Source: Candidatus Neptunichlamydia sp. (GTDB lineage: Bacteria > Chlamydiota > Chlamydiia > Chlamydiales > Simkaniaceae). Taken from it: a stretch of DNA of 64,000 bases. The stretch covers positions 1,184,001 to 1,248,000 of the forward strand of contig OZ247587.1 in NCBI GenBank assembly GCA_965233865.1, read 5' to 3'. The notes below the pieces were generated by a model. That model had not been told where the DNA came from. It did no database searches and saw nothing but the letters and a program-made list of their open reading frames with translations. A program made the translations under genes and the position numbers. Positions 51,129 to 61,017 of the stretch are shown here, piece by piece (position 1 is the stretch's first letter; the number at the start of each line of letters is the position of its first letter).

Positions 51129-51792
51129 TAAACTTTTCATTTCTATAACCCAAAGGATAATAAACTTTGAATAGCTCGAGATTAGAAAGTTGGAAGCACT
51201 CTCTATAGTCTAATTCTCTCCAAAAATAATCGTAGAACTCCATTTCAGGATCTTTTAGTCCAAGTTTAACAAGTTCTCCCGATTTAGGATTTTCATTCAC
51301 TGGATAATTCACATCAAAACATGCCCAATTTCTCACCTTTTGGTGCAAATCTTGGCTGCCTGTTATTCCAAAGAACAAGCCACCGTCTCTTAATTTATCA
51401 GAGGAAAGGTTTAAATAGTCTACTATTTCATTTTTATTTGATAGTTCAAAAAGAACAAAACAGGAAAAGACTAAATCAAAACTACAGATGTTTTTTATAT
51501 TATCAAAATGAACAAAATTAATATAAGGAAAGTTTAATCTTGATTGTTTAATCATAGAAGAGCTTTTATCCGTCTCGAAAACTTCATACCCTTTTTTAAA
51601 AAGATATTGAGAAGAATCCCCCGCTCCTGAACCTAAATCTAACACCCTATTGATATTTTCAAAATCTTTAATTAACATAGGAAAGTCTCTATAAGCCAAG
51701 AACCTATGCATGGATTCATGAGTTTTGGAGTATTCCTTAGCTATGGAAGAGTCATGTATTTCTCCCGATTTATATATCTCCAATTTCTCCAA
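51129..51792 (-). CDS. Class I SAM-dependent methyltransferase, 3'-truncated and fused in frame to IS3 orfB
   Basis: VLDLGSGAG; FDLVFS. Confidence 0.75.
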
Positions 51793-52529
51793 GAAGAACC
51801 ACCTTATCTACATAAAAATTTCTCATCGCGTGCTAAAATCACCCAATTCTTCTTTATCCTCTCGCGCTTTTGTTTTAATTACTAGACATTCTTTTGATAA
51901 TAAGATGTGTTTACCGCAACTTAAAATCGACTGCGACAAGAAGTCGTTGCGACGAGTTGTCTCTCCATAGAAGAGACAATCCTTACAGTGGGATGAATCT
52001 AGAGCCCTGAATAAAGGAGCGGGTTCGACAATGAAGCAAAGGTTGAAAAAAAACCGGGAAAGATACCGCAAGGTTGAAATCCTCCTAACAGCCATGCGAT
52101 TTTGGTGCTTGGACATACCTTTCCAAAGATCCCAAGGCCTATCATGATAGAAAGATCAAAATAATCACCTTAAAATGAATACAGGAATCATTAGCGCAAA
52201 GTAAAAAACAAAGGGAATAACGGCCACCAAATATGTAAAAACACACCCCTTGTATCCAATAAAGAACTGTAAAGATCCCCAAATGAAGCTCCCAAAATAA
52301 ATTGCTATCACTCCTAACCAGCCCCATCCGAAAAACTTTGTAATAAGACCAAGAAAAGTCAAGCTAATGAAAAGAAGCCACTAAAAGAAAAATACAATTT
52401 CTCCAATTCCAGCTAGTCCTAATCGATCTTTTTTTTCAGAAGGGTATAGCTTATAAAAAAAGGAAAGCATAGTAGCTATGAAGAGAAATGAAAAATTAAC
52501 GATGAGAAGTCCGGTCATTATCTTTTACC

Positions 52530-53690
52530 TCAGCATTCTTCAATTACATGATACTTAGAGTGTAGAACTTGTAATTCTTTAGGAACCACCTGAAAAAAAC
52601 CTCCAGCGCTTTCTTCATAATCCATAAAGCACCACTTTTGGAAAAACAACAGCTCAGAAAAAACCTGAGGAAAATATCGTTTTTCAATAAGCCAGTCAAA
52701 AAGAGGAAAATAACAAACTTCAATTGCTAATCTCATTGGGGTTGCTGGAAGGGGATCAGGTGACTCTGATAGAGCCTCAAGCCTTTTCTCAGCTACAATC
52801 TCTTTAATGACATCGATTCGATCATTTAATATAGCCTGGAACAGATCTCTACTCACACTGCCTTGTTGATGTCTTGAACTCTCAAAATCCCGCCATTCTT
52901 CAGCCTTTGTAGATATGGATGTAGCCTCATGAGAAGAAAAAAATATTTTCAAAAAAGAGTCTCTTACTTCTAAAGAAAAAAAGTGGTTATTAACGCCTTG
53001 AGCATCCCATAGATTCCTTATTTCTCTAGATGGAAACTGAGGAAATTTTTCCAGAAGCATGATGGCTATTTCCTTTTGTTTCATTGATAAGGCAAGATGA
53101 AGCGGAGATAAGCAGTCGGTTTTCATGAGAGTTTGGTCATAGTCGTTGATGGGATCAAAGGGCTCCACACAAGAAATTCCAATATTATTAGACAGAAAAT
53201 CAATAAGTTGAAGATTTTGTTTGCGGACTGCAATATCCAAAGGAGACCCAATTTGAGAGACTACATTCCCAAGACTACCTTTTGAAATCAACTTTTTAAC
53301 AATATCAAGATGTCCATTCATACAGGCATAGTGAACTGGGAAGCATCCTGCTTTGTCACTGGAGAAGCTTTTTGAATACTCCATTAGCAGCTCCAGAACT
53401 TCCGATCTTCCATAATAAGCCGCCATATGGAGAGGCGTCTTACCACTATAGCTCTCCTTTTTGTTAACCTTTGCCTTATTTTCCAAAAGCCAGCGGACCA
53501 CTTCTACTTGCTCAAAGATCACTGCTAAGTGAAGAAAGGTCAACCCCAGCCTTCCAATCCGAGTATCGATACCTACTCTCCCCTGTCCAGACAGAAGGTT
53601 CTTTAAAGCTTGAAGGTCTCCCGCCTGCACCACAGAAACGCAAGCATCCTGAAAGTTTTGGTCATTTACTGGGTTTTTCTTGAACATCAT
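52530..53690 (-). CDS. Ankyrin-repeat protein
   Basis: TFLHLAV, TPLHMAA, PVHYAC, SPLDIA and SPLHLA repeats. Confidence 0.9.
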   Translation of the reverse strand: MMFKKNPVNDQNFQDACVSVVQAGDLQALKNLLSGQGRVGIDTRIGRLGLTFLHLAVIFEQVEVVRWLLENKAKVNKKESYSGKTPLHMAAYYGRSEVLELLMEYSKSFSSDKAGCFPVHYACMNGHLDIVKKLISKGSLGNVVSQIGSPLDIAVRKQNLQLIDFLSNNIGISCVEPFDPINDYDQTLMKTDCLSPLHLALSMKQKEIAIMLLEKFPQFPSREIRNLWDAQGVNNHFFSLEVRDSFLKIFFSSHEATSISTKAEEWRDFESSRHQQGSVSRDLFQAILNDRIDVIKEIVAEKRLEALSESPDPLPATPMRLAIEVCYFPLFDWLIEKRYFPQVFSELLFFQKWCFMDYEESAGGFFQVVPKELQVLHSKYHVIEEC

Positions 53691-53866
53691 CTTCTCCTAT
53701 AGAAAGCTTTTCCTGGTTTTTTTGAAACCATCCCTCCCCAAGAGGGTCGATTTCCATCAATGCCCACCCTTGAATAGGCGCCCCCTTCAAAGATCTCTCT
53801 ATTGATATAGAGAAAGAACCTCAATTTTCCTAACCCTGTAGGATAGGCCTTTCGATCAATACCCCT

Positions 53867-54226
53867 TTAGTCAAAGTCATGATGCCTGGAAAAGTTAATA
53901 CAAATAAGATTTCCTGGAGGATTATACGTATAACAGATGGGGCATGTCCACCCCTTTTCGCTCTCTCCCTTAGCAGAAATATATACTCCCTTTTCATCAG
54001 AAGATAAGGTGTGGATTTGCATCGGGTTTCCACCCACATCTAGATAAATCTTCCCGTCTTCAAAAAACAGAAGATCTTGATTGAGGTAAATACAATCTCC
54101 TTTTTGAAAGGCAAAGCATGAATAATCTCGACTAGAAAAACATTCACAGTTACCTTCGTGGGCAGATAGTGAAGCAAGTGAGAACAAGAAAAATAACGTT
54201 ATAAGAGAGGTTTTTATTTTTTTCAT
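53867..54226 (-). CDS. Secreted protein with C-terminal zinc ribbon
   Basis: Signal peptide; WTCPICYTYN....C. Confidence 0.65.
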   Translation of the reverse strand: MKKIKTSLITLFFLFSLASLSAHEGNCECFSSRDYSCFAFQKGDCIYLNQDLLFFEDGKIYLDVGGNPMQIHTLSSDEKGVYISAKGESEKGWTCPICYTYNPPGNLICINFSRHHDFD

Positions 54227-55091
54227 GAAGCGCCTCCGTGCGTGCTGTCTTGCGCTCAGCCTCCTTCACCAAGTTATTTACTGTCAAGAAAACTCTTTCC
54301 ATTTCTTGGATGTTCTACCCTATTCTAACGACCTCACGGAAGAAGAATTATTGCAGCTTTCATACTTTATGAAGTTCCTGTTTTATGAGTCACACTTTGG
54401 CTATGTTTTATTATCTGCAAAGCCTCTGGCCTTAGAGACAATCCCAAATCACGAAAAAATAACAGAGCAATGGTGCAAATCAACAAGTTCATTTAATCAA
54501 ATCATAAAATTGTTTAACGTTGATAAAGGAAGAAAAGTCTTTTTGAAACTTAATATTCCTATAGGTCCAGACATTATATACTTTGAAGAAAAAAGAGAAT
54601 GTAATACAGATATCTTCCTTTGCAACCGAAAATCATTACAAACAGTTTTCGAAAACAACATAGAAGTCTTCAGGTTTTACTTTCAAAAGGACGCCTCACC
54701 AGGTCAAATTACAGATGCATATTTATACAACCCAAAAATCAGAGAGGACGTCAATAGAAATCCGTATTTGTTAGGAATACTCTTGGGATATGGTGAAAAA
54801 AATGCTAAATTATACGACTCTATCAGACAGATTAAGAAAAACCGCTTTTTATCACCAAATGTCAAACTTCAAAAAATTAAACACCTTGACTGTGATTTTT
54901 GTGCAGAACACGAATCCATGTTTTACCCTTACATGCCACCCCTTCCCCTTCCAGGATTTGCAGGAAACCCAAATGACCAAGAGACAGTGGGAATTATTGT
55001 AGACTTTAAAAAATCCCGAAAACAAATCTTTACGCAAATGCAGCACCACCTTACAGCCACTATTAAAACCAAAAAGGAAAATCCAAAATAA
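54225..55091 (+). CDS. Hypothetical secreted protein
   Basis: Signal peptide; FGYVL..KP; LGILLGYG..NA. Confidence 0.65.
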   Translation: MKRLRACCLALSLLHQVIYCQENSFHFLDVLPYSNDLTEEELLQLSYFMKFLFYESHFGYVLLSAKPLALETIPNHEKITEQWCKSTSSFNQIIKLFNVDKGRKVFLKLNIPIGPDIIYFEEKRECNTDIFLCNRKSLQTVFENNIEVFRFYFQKDASPGQITDAYLYNPKIREDVNRNPYLLGILLGYGEKNAKLYDSIRQIKKNRFLSPNVKLQKIKHLDCDFCAEHESMFYPYMPPLPLPGFAGNPNDQETVGIIVDFKKSRKQIFTQMQHHLTATIKTKKENPK

Positions 55092-55149
55092 AGAGACCAC
55101 CTGCCATCCTAAGAAGTCTCACCTTCTTGCCTCCCTGCTGATCAGGAGA

Positions 55150-55245
55150 AGCGGAATATTTTTTTCTTGTTTTTGCCATTTCTGTTCTCCTTTTGCTCGG
55201 AGAAAACTAGCTTAGCAAGTGGCTCGAATTTCTGGGACCATTATA
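55150..55245 (-). mobile_element. IS3-family left-end fragment
   Basis: Identical to 37307-37402. Confidence 0.9.
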
Positions 55246-55501
55246 CCCTTTAACGTTGCTATTATTGGAGGATAAATATGAAAACGATAGGATGGATAGG
55301 CTTCTACAAAAGTCAACCTATAGCAGGACCTAATCGAAGTCTTGCTGTATTAGTTGTGTCTATACAGAAAATGCAGACATCAATGCTGCAAAGAGTACTC
55401 TAGCGGCAGGACATGCCGTGCTAGCCTGTGGAGAGACTGCATTAGCAGACTCTGTGAAGCAGGAACCTCTGAATATGGGCGACTTATTTCATCCTGGAAA
55501 A

Positions 55502-56017
55502 TCAGAAATCTTCTTCCTTTATGGGGAAGAGGGTGTCAACCTCAGGGTAATCGATAGTAATTAGGGTCACCTTCTTTCCTTGCACCGCTTCTGCATGCAC
55601 GGCAGTGTTATGCATCTCTAAGGGCCCTTCTTTTAGAATCATTTCACGTAATGACTTATTTCGAAGGTGTTGCCCATGGATTTTGTCTGTCAGCTCCTTT
55701 GCCCTTTGGTAAAGGTGCAGGGTTTCAGATTCAATATCAACAAGGGGGTCTAAGACCTCATTTAAAGTTGTTCCAATGGTGTTTAGTGGCATAAGATCAA
55801 ACAGCCTGCGAGTGAGCCCTCCCCGTTTTTTGATGACCTCTTTAAGGCACCCTGCTAATTTACTGCATTCTCGATAAAGATTGTCTTTCAGTTCAATATC
55901 TCCAATCAGCAGAACATATTCCTGCTGATTCATATTGCCTAATATCTCACGTCGCAAGTCAATTTCTTTAGATAAAGTGACTTGCAGCTGCTGATTGATC
56001 TCTGTCCACTTTGCCAT
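55502..56017 (-). CDS. Hypothetical helical protein, FlgN-like
   Basis: L..E..LRR.IL..M.QQE..L..GD pattern. Confidence 0.5.
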   Translation of the reverse strand: MAKWTEINQQLQVTLSKEIDLRREILGNMNQQEYVLLIGDIELKDNLYRECSKLAGCLKEVIKKRGGLTRRLFDLMPLNTIGTTLNEVLDPLVDIESETLHLYQRAKELTDKIHGQHLRNKSLREMILKEGPLEMHNTAVHAEAVQGKKVTLITIDYPEVDTLFPIKEEDF

Positions 56018-56080
56018 TTTTACCCCCCGGCCTTACTACACCACTTGCAAATAGTGTGCCAATAGAGCTAAACTTCTTGT

Positions 56081-57163
56081 TTGAAATGGAGTAGAATAAT
56101 GGACACCGAAACACTGCGTCATTGGTTCTTCAAAAACCGCCGCGATCTCCCCTGGAGGGAAAATCCTTCCCCTTACGAAGTGTGGGTATCTGAGGTCATG
56201 TTGCAGCAAACCCAAGTCAGTGTGGTAGTTCCCTATTTTAAAAGATGGATGACTCTTTTTCCCACCATTGCAAAACTTGCCGAAGCACCCCTTGAAATGG
56301 TGATCAAAACTTGGGAGGGGCTTGGGTACTATTCTCGAGCTCGAAACCTTCATGAAGGAGCTCGGTATCTGACTGAAAGTCATGGTGGAGAGCTTCCTTC
56401 ATCAAATGGAGAGCTAAAAAAGGTTAAAGGATTAGGCCCCTATACAATTGGGGCGATCTTAAGCTTTGCCTTTAAAAAAAGAGAGGCGGCTGTCGATGGG
56501 AATGTATTGCGAGTCCTTTCCCGCTTTTATGGAATCGATGAGCCGATTGATCTGGGGAAAGTGCAAAGAAAAGTATGGGCTCTTTGTGAGGCGCTTCTTC
56601 CTGAGAAGGAACCGTGGATTATTATGGAGGGCCTCATTGAGCTTGGCGCCCTTATCTGCAAGAAAAAGGCCAGCTGCAACTCTTGCCCTTTGCAAAAAGA
56701 GTGTGTAGCCAATAGAACCAGTAAAGCGGATTTACTTCCTCTAAAGAGGAGTCGAGAGAAAACAATCCACCTCCATCGGGAGGTCGCAGTCATCCATACT
56801 GAAAATGCGCTTCTCCTCCGAAAGGGGGAAAGAGGAAAAGTGATGGCAGGTCTTGCAGAATTCCCCTATTTTGAAAGAGGGACCTCTATTGAAGATGCTC
56901 TTGATCTCTCCCTCACATCTCTTTGCTCCCTTCCAATGGTGACGCACGGATTTACAAAGTATAAAGCGTTTCTCTACCCCCATCTCTATAGAGCTCTGCA
57001 TAAGGAGATTAAAGGGTATGAATGGATTCTTTTTGAAAGAATTCCTACGACTTCTTTCTCTTCTGGCCATCGCCGGATCCTTCAAGGGCTGTCTATGATG
57101 GGGCCTCAGGCGCTTCCCAAGAAGTTAATCCCTCTTTTACTGCCCCTCTCCGGGGATAATTGA
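56081..57163 (+). CDS. mutY: A/G-specific adenine glycosylase
   Basis: WVSEVMLQQT, GLGYYSRARNL, VDGNVLRV and C..C..CP...C motifs. Confidence 0.95.
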   Translation: MKWSRIMDTETLRHWFFKNRRDLPWRENPSPYEVWVSEVMLQQTQVSVVVPYFKRWMTLFPTIAKLAEAPLEMVIKTWEGLGYYSRARNLHEGARYLTESHGGELPSSNGELKKVKGLGPYTIGAILSFAFKKREAAVDGNVLRVLSRFYGIDEPIDLGKVQRKVWALCEALLPEKEPWIIMEGLIELGALICKKKASCNSCPLQKECVANRTSKADLLPLKRSREKTIHLHREVAVIHTENALLLRKGERGKVMAGLAEFPYFERGTSIEDALDLSLTSLCSLPMVTHGFTKYKAFLYPHLYRALHKEIKGYEWILFERIPTTSFSSGHRRILQGLSMMGPQALPKKLIPLLLPLSGDN

Positions 57164-57179
57164 AAACCCTTACCTTATG

Positions 57180-57851
57180 GGAGTTTCCAAGATTTCTCTC
57201 TAAAAATCGCTTTTAACTTTTAGCTTTCCTATAACTCCATTATTGTTTTGTCTTCTCGTAAAGCGGATAAGGCTACTCTAAATTTAAGCCCAGTTGAACA
57301 TTTTCTACTCATTTTTCTCCATTTAGCATATCTGAGACAGCTTATTCTCCTAAACATACCTGTTTAAATTTTGGGGAGCATTATAGTTCTCACTCTTTTT
57401 TCTCCAACAAAAAAGCCTTGGTCGCGCATTTCTAATGTCATCCTACGTCTCCCATAAAATGGGTTTCTAAGGTATTTTTTATCAAATGCTTTCATTAAGT
57501 CTAAGTCTGCTTCTCTAGAAATAGTTTCAACGTAGTATAGGGTTGATCTATTTAATCCCAGAAGCTCGCATTGCTTTCTCTGTGATAGCTCACTATCAAA
57601 CGCTTATTGCCTTTCTCAAAAATTTGAACTGCAGTGGCTTTAAAGTGCCTTTTCCACCCCCCAAGAACTAAAGGGTGAACCTCAAATTTCCCAGCAAGCT
57701 CTCCCACTGTTTTCTCTCCTTTTAAAATTTTGAGCACCACCTTTAGCTTAAATTCGGCAGAATATTTTTTTCTTGTTTTTGCCATTTTTGTTCTCCTTTT
57801 ATCGGGAGAAAACTAGCTTAGCCAGTGGCTCGAATTTCTGGGACCATTATA
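57180..57851 (-). mobile_element. Two degenerate IS3-family 5' fragments
   Basis: MSRKCSTGLKFRVAL remnant with end near 57384; diverged orfA 57552..57785 with end at 57851. Confidence 0.75.
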
Positions 57852-58164
57852 CAAAAAGGGTGATCCGGAGTAGAAAAGGGCAGAATTTGTTATTGGAGGG
57901 CTTGCTTTGAGCAAAATCTTAAGGCCTCATGTGGCGAAAGCTCTTATCGGACGCGTGGACCTGAATCTTAAAGCGTCATTTCGGTCCGCAATCATAATGT
58001 ATCACTTCATGAAATACTAGACCTTCAGCTGCTTCTTTCTGACAATACACAAAAGACACCTCAAAAAGAGAGAGACGGGTGGAGCTGCGCTTTCGAAGTC
58101 TTGCATTTCTTGGCTGGATCTTCCATGGATAACATGGATGCAACGCCTCTTCCTATGGAATCGC

Positions 58165-58278
58165 TAGCTCGAAGGCTTGCCGCCCTGAGGCTTCTTAACC
58201 CAATAATCGCAGGTCTTGCCATGACGCTCAGCTCTATTTCGGACGTCTTAAATTCACTGTCTTTAAGAAAACCATGAA
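58165..58278 (+). pseudogene. P1B heavy-metal ATPase C-terminal remnant
   Basis: LLNPIIAGLAMTLSSIS.VLNSL. Confidence 0.6.
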
Positions 58279-58345
58279 CATGGGGATGTTCAAAAATGGG
58301 AAATGAGGTAGAATGGATTCTTTTATCTGAACGCGAGAGCATGCT

Positions 58346-59068
58346 ATGGATATTGAGATCGATTTACCGAGACGGGTGTTATTCGATTGGAAGAAATTAT
58401 TGGTATATATTGTCCCTGCGGCGCTTCTTGCAGGACTTTTAATTACAAAGATGGGAACTCGTAAAGGGCTCTCTGAAGGGGAGTATATTACTGCCACTCA
58501 TGCTTTTGTCAAGTGGGACCAGATTTTGGATCAGGAAGCGGAAGAGTTTGCAAGTTTGCAGAGGGTAATGAAAAAACATCCTGAGCTTCATGCTCACTAT
58601 GATGCTTTGATCGGTCAGAATCTGCTTTCCTCTCGCTCATCAAAAGAAGCCGAACCCTATATCGAACGGACTCTTAAGAGAACTGATCAACCTTATTACT
58701 CTGACTATGCTCGAACGTCTCTTTTAATTAGCGCAGCAAAGTATGAGGAGGCAAGGCAAAGTGCGACCCTGCTGAAACAACAAATACTTGAGGATGCCTC
58801 TTTTTGGGAGGACAGGAAGGATAACTCTGCCCTCTTTGCCTTTAATTTACTCCGAATTGCCACTCTTTCTGAGCAGCTTGGAGATCTGGAAGGCGAGCAA
58901 AGCGCCTGGAAGGAGTTGAAGCGTTATGGAGGATGGGAAAAAGACGAAAAAGCAGACGAAAAAATTGGGCATGCAGGATTCAAGCAGCTCTTAAGCCACT
59001 TTACCGTGCAAGAAACGTCGCTTCTTGACTATATCGCATCAAGAGAAGAGGACCTCAGCAAAGGGTAA
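58346..59068 (+). CDS. Conserved chlamydial membrane-anchored helical protein
   Basis: N-terminal TM followed by TPR-like helices. Confidence 0.6.
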   Translation: MDIEIDLPRRVLFDWKKLLVYIVPAALLAGLLITKMGTRKGLSEGEYITATHAFVKWDQILDQEAEEFASLQRVMKKHPELHAHYDALIGQNLLSSRSSKEAEPYIERTLKRTDQPYYSDYARTSLLISAAKYEEARQSATLLKQQILEDASFWEDRKDNSALFAFNLLRIATLSEQLGDLEGEQSAWKELKRYGGWEKDEKADEKIGHAGFKQLLSHFTVQETSLLDYIASREEDLSKG

Positions 59069-59076
59069 TTTGCTTA

Positions 59077-59505
59077 CTATCCTTCCCCATTATTATTCAA
59101 CTTTGTTACTGACGAAGCAGCTTTGTGCATCCCTGTTCCTCCTACAAGACCTAGGAAGAAGAAGACAAGCGGAGGCAAGAAAAATGAAATGATGACTCCA
59201 ACAATTGCAAGTACAAGCTTAGTTGCCCTTTCTTGTTTGAAAACAAACCCAAAGGCAGCTTTTGCTGCTTTTTCAATCTTTTTAGGAAGCCATATTCCGA
59301 GAATTCCCCCTACGCCTGCTAGGAAAACACTCCACGCGGCGCCAAAGAAGATAAATGTTAGCAAAGTTGCTAATAGAAAATAGAGTACGAAGAAGATTTC
59401 AAGTCGATACTTCTTTCCAAAATTTTCAAGCTCTTGAACGCTAACGCCCTCTTTCAATTTTTTATCCATTATTTCTCTCATTTGTGAAAACCATAGAAGC
59501 ACCAA
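59077..59505 (-). CDS. Multi-pass membrane protein
   Basis: Four hydrophobic segments. Confidence 0.65.
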   Translation of the reverse strand: MVLLWFSQMREIMDKKLKEGVSVQELENFGKKYRLEIFFVLYFLLATLLTFIFFGAAWSVFLAGVGGILGIWLPKKIEKAAKAAFGFVFKQERATKLVLAIVGVIISFFLPPLVFFFLGLVGGTGMHKAASSVTKLNNNGEG

Positions 59506-59652
59506 GCCTATACTTAGTTGCCCCTACACTCAAGTTTAAAATAAAATAAATTTTTTGCAATCTAGATGTTTTTTGTTTTCTTTGAAATTTTTCATTAAAT
59601 TGAATAATATAAACACGATACTGACCTTGAATTTTTTTTAGATGAGAAGCAA

Positions 59653-61017
59653 TTGATAGCGAAAGAAAGATCGTTAATTCATACCCATAATAGCATCAAC
59701 CTTTTAAATAAGATTTTCCTACTATTACTCATTTTTGCTCTTGCCTTTCTTTTATTGAACATCTTCAATTTTTCACTAGAAAAAAGCGGGGTAGTCATAC
59801 CCAAAAATAAGGAAATGAGCCCGTCAATCTTAGTTTTTGAATATGAAAAGATTGGCGAAGGCCCCCTTGCTGTTGATTCAGAGCTTCAAAGTTTCCCTTT
59901 TCCTGATTTAAGCGGCAAGATTTTATTTCTTGCCCGCTCAAATCGTCCAAATAGTGGTTTTATGGAGACACTCTATTTGTTGGGTCTTAAAGGATCTCAA
60001 GAAAAAAGGGTAGTAAAGGAAGAGCAAAAGCTGTATCTAGCGTATGAAGAAGACCAGCTCATCTTTTCCGAGAAAGCAGCGCCCCTATGGATCAAGCCAA
60101 AGCAAAATGAAGAAGGGAGAACCACCCTGCAAATGGGGATTGATTTAGCTTCCAACCAAGGAGCAGTGCTTCTTTCTGAGACAAGAGAACATCTGATTAA
60201 AGAAGATTGGAAGCCCTTAAAAAGAGAGCAAGTGTCTCATCCTGAGCTGATTGCGGGGGTTTATGCTTTCGAAGATGCTAAATGGTGGCCAGCCGATCGC
60301 CTTTTTGATCAATATGCTGGAGATGAATACCAAATTTACAAAGGGCTTGAGCGTCTAGAAATTCTTGGGGAGCAAATTCTGTTTGTAGAGGAAGGAAGAA
60401 CCTATATTTGGAAGGAAGAAAAGTGGGACGTGGGCAATGAAGAGGGGTACCCCCTAGCACGGGTCAAAGAGATCACTCCTTTCAAGATGAGCTTCGAACT
60501 TTGGGATCCATCAGGAATTGAAACTGTCCATATGACTTTTAATCGAGAAAGAGCGCGGCCCATAGCAATTAAATTGGAAGAGATTTTTACGCGTCTAAGA
60601 CAAAGAACAATATCGCGCGTCTCTTGTCGTATCGATAATCGAGCGACGATATTAAAAATTGGAGATTGGATTTTTCATACAGATAGGGGGTGGCACACTG
60701 TTAAAAATTCCTACGAAATCGATGCTATCGTCAAGTTTAATGTTATGGGGGAGCTTTTCATTTTTGACGGGCTTGAAACTAGAGATGGGAAGAAGTTTTT
60801 TTGTGGATCGCTCTTTGATCCAATGCGCACAGAGCTCCAATCCGTTCGACTTCCCATTTCGCAAATGAAGACTCTTGAACATTCTCCTCCCACTAAAAAG
60901 AGGAGATCGACTAAAATTCGTTCTCCGGTTTCTAGCAAAACAGAAAAAAGTCGTTCAAGACTGAAATCGCACAAAAGATTGCAGCCAATAGAGGATTACG
61001 AAGTTTTTGAAGAATAG
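59653..61017 (+). CDS. Conserved chlamydial protein upstream of gspD
   Basis: N-terminal TM; operon position. Confidence 0.65.
   Translation: MIAKERSLIHTHNSINLLNKIFLLLLIFALAFLLLNIFNFSLEKSGVVIPKNKEMSPSILVFEYEKIGEGPLAVDSELQSFPFPDLSGKILFLARSNRPNSGFMETLYLLGLKGSQEKRVVKEEQKLYLAYEEDQLIFSEKAAPLWIKPKQNEEGRTTLQMGIDLASNQGAVLLSETREHLIKEDWKPLKREQVSHPELIAGVYAFEDAKWWPADRLFDQYAGDEYQIYKGLERLEILGEQILFVEEGRTYIWKEEKWDVGNEEGYPLARVKEITPFKMSFELWDPSGIETVHMTFNRERARPIAIKLEEIFTRLRQRTISRVSCRIDNRATILKIGDWIFHTDRGWHTVKNSYEIDAIVKFNVMGELFIFDGLETRDGKKFFCGSLFDPMRTELQSVRLPISQMKTLEHSPPTKKRRSTKIRSPVSSKTEKSRSRLKSHKRLQPIEDYEVFEE

Noticed and set aside
50620..51792. Novel methyltransferase-integrase fusion protein
   Set aside because: The 3' part is nearly identical to IS3 orfB; a chance in-frame deletion junction
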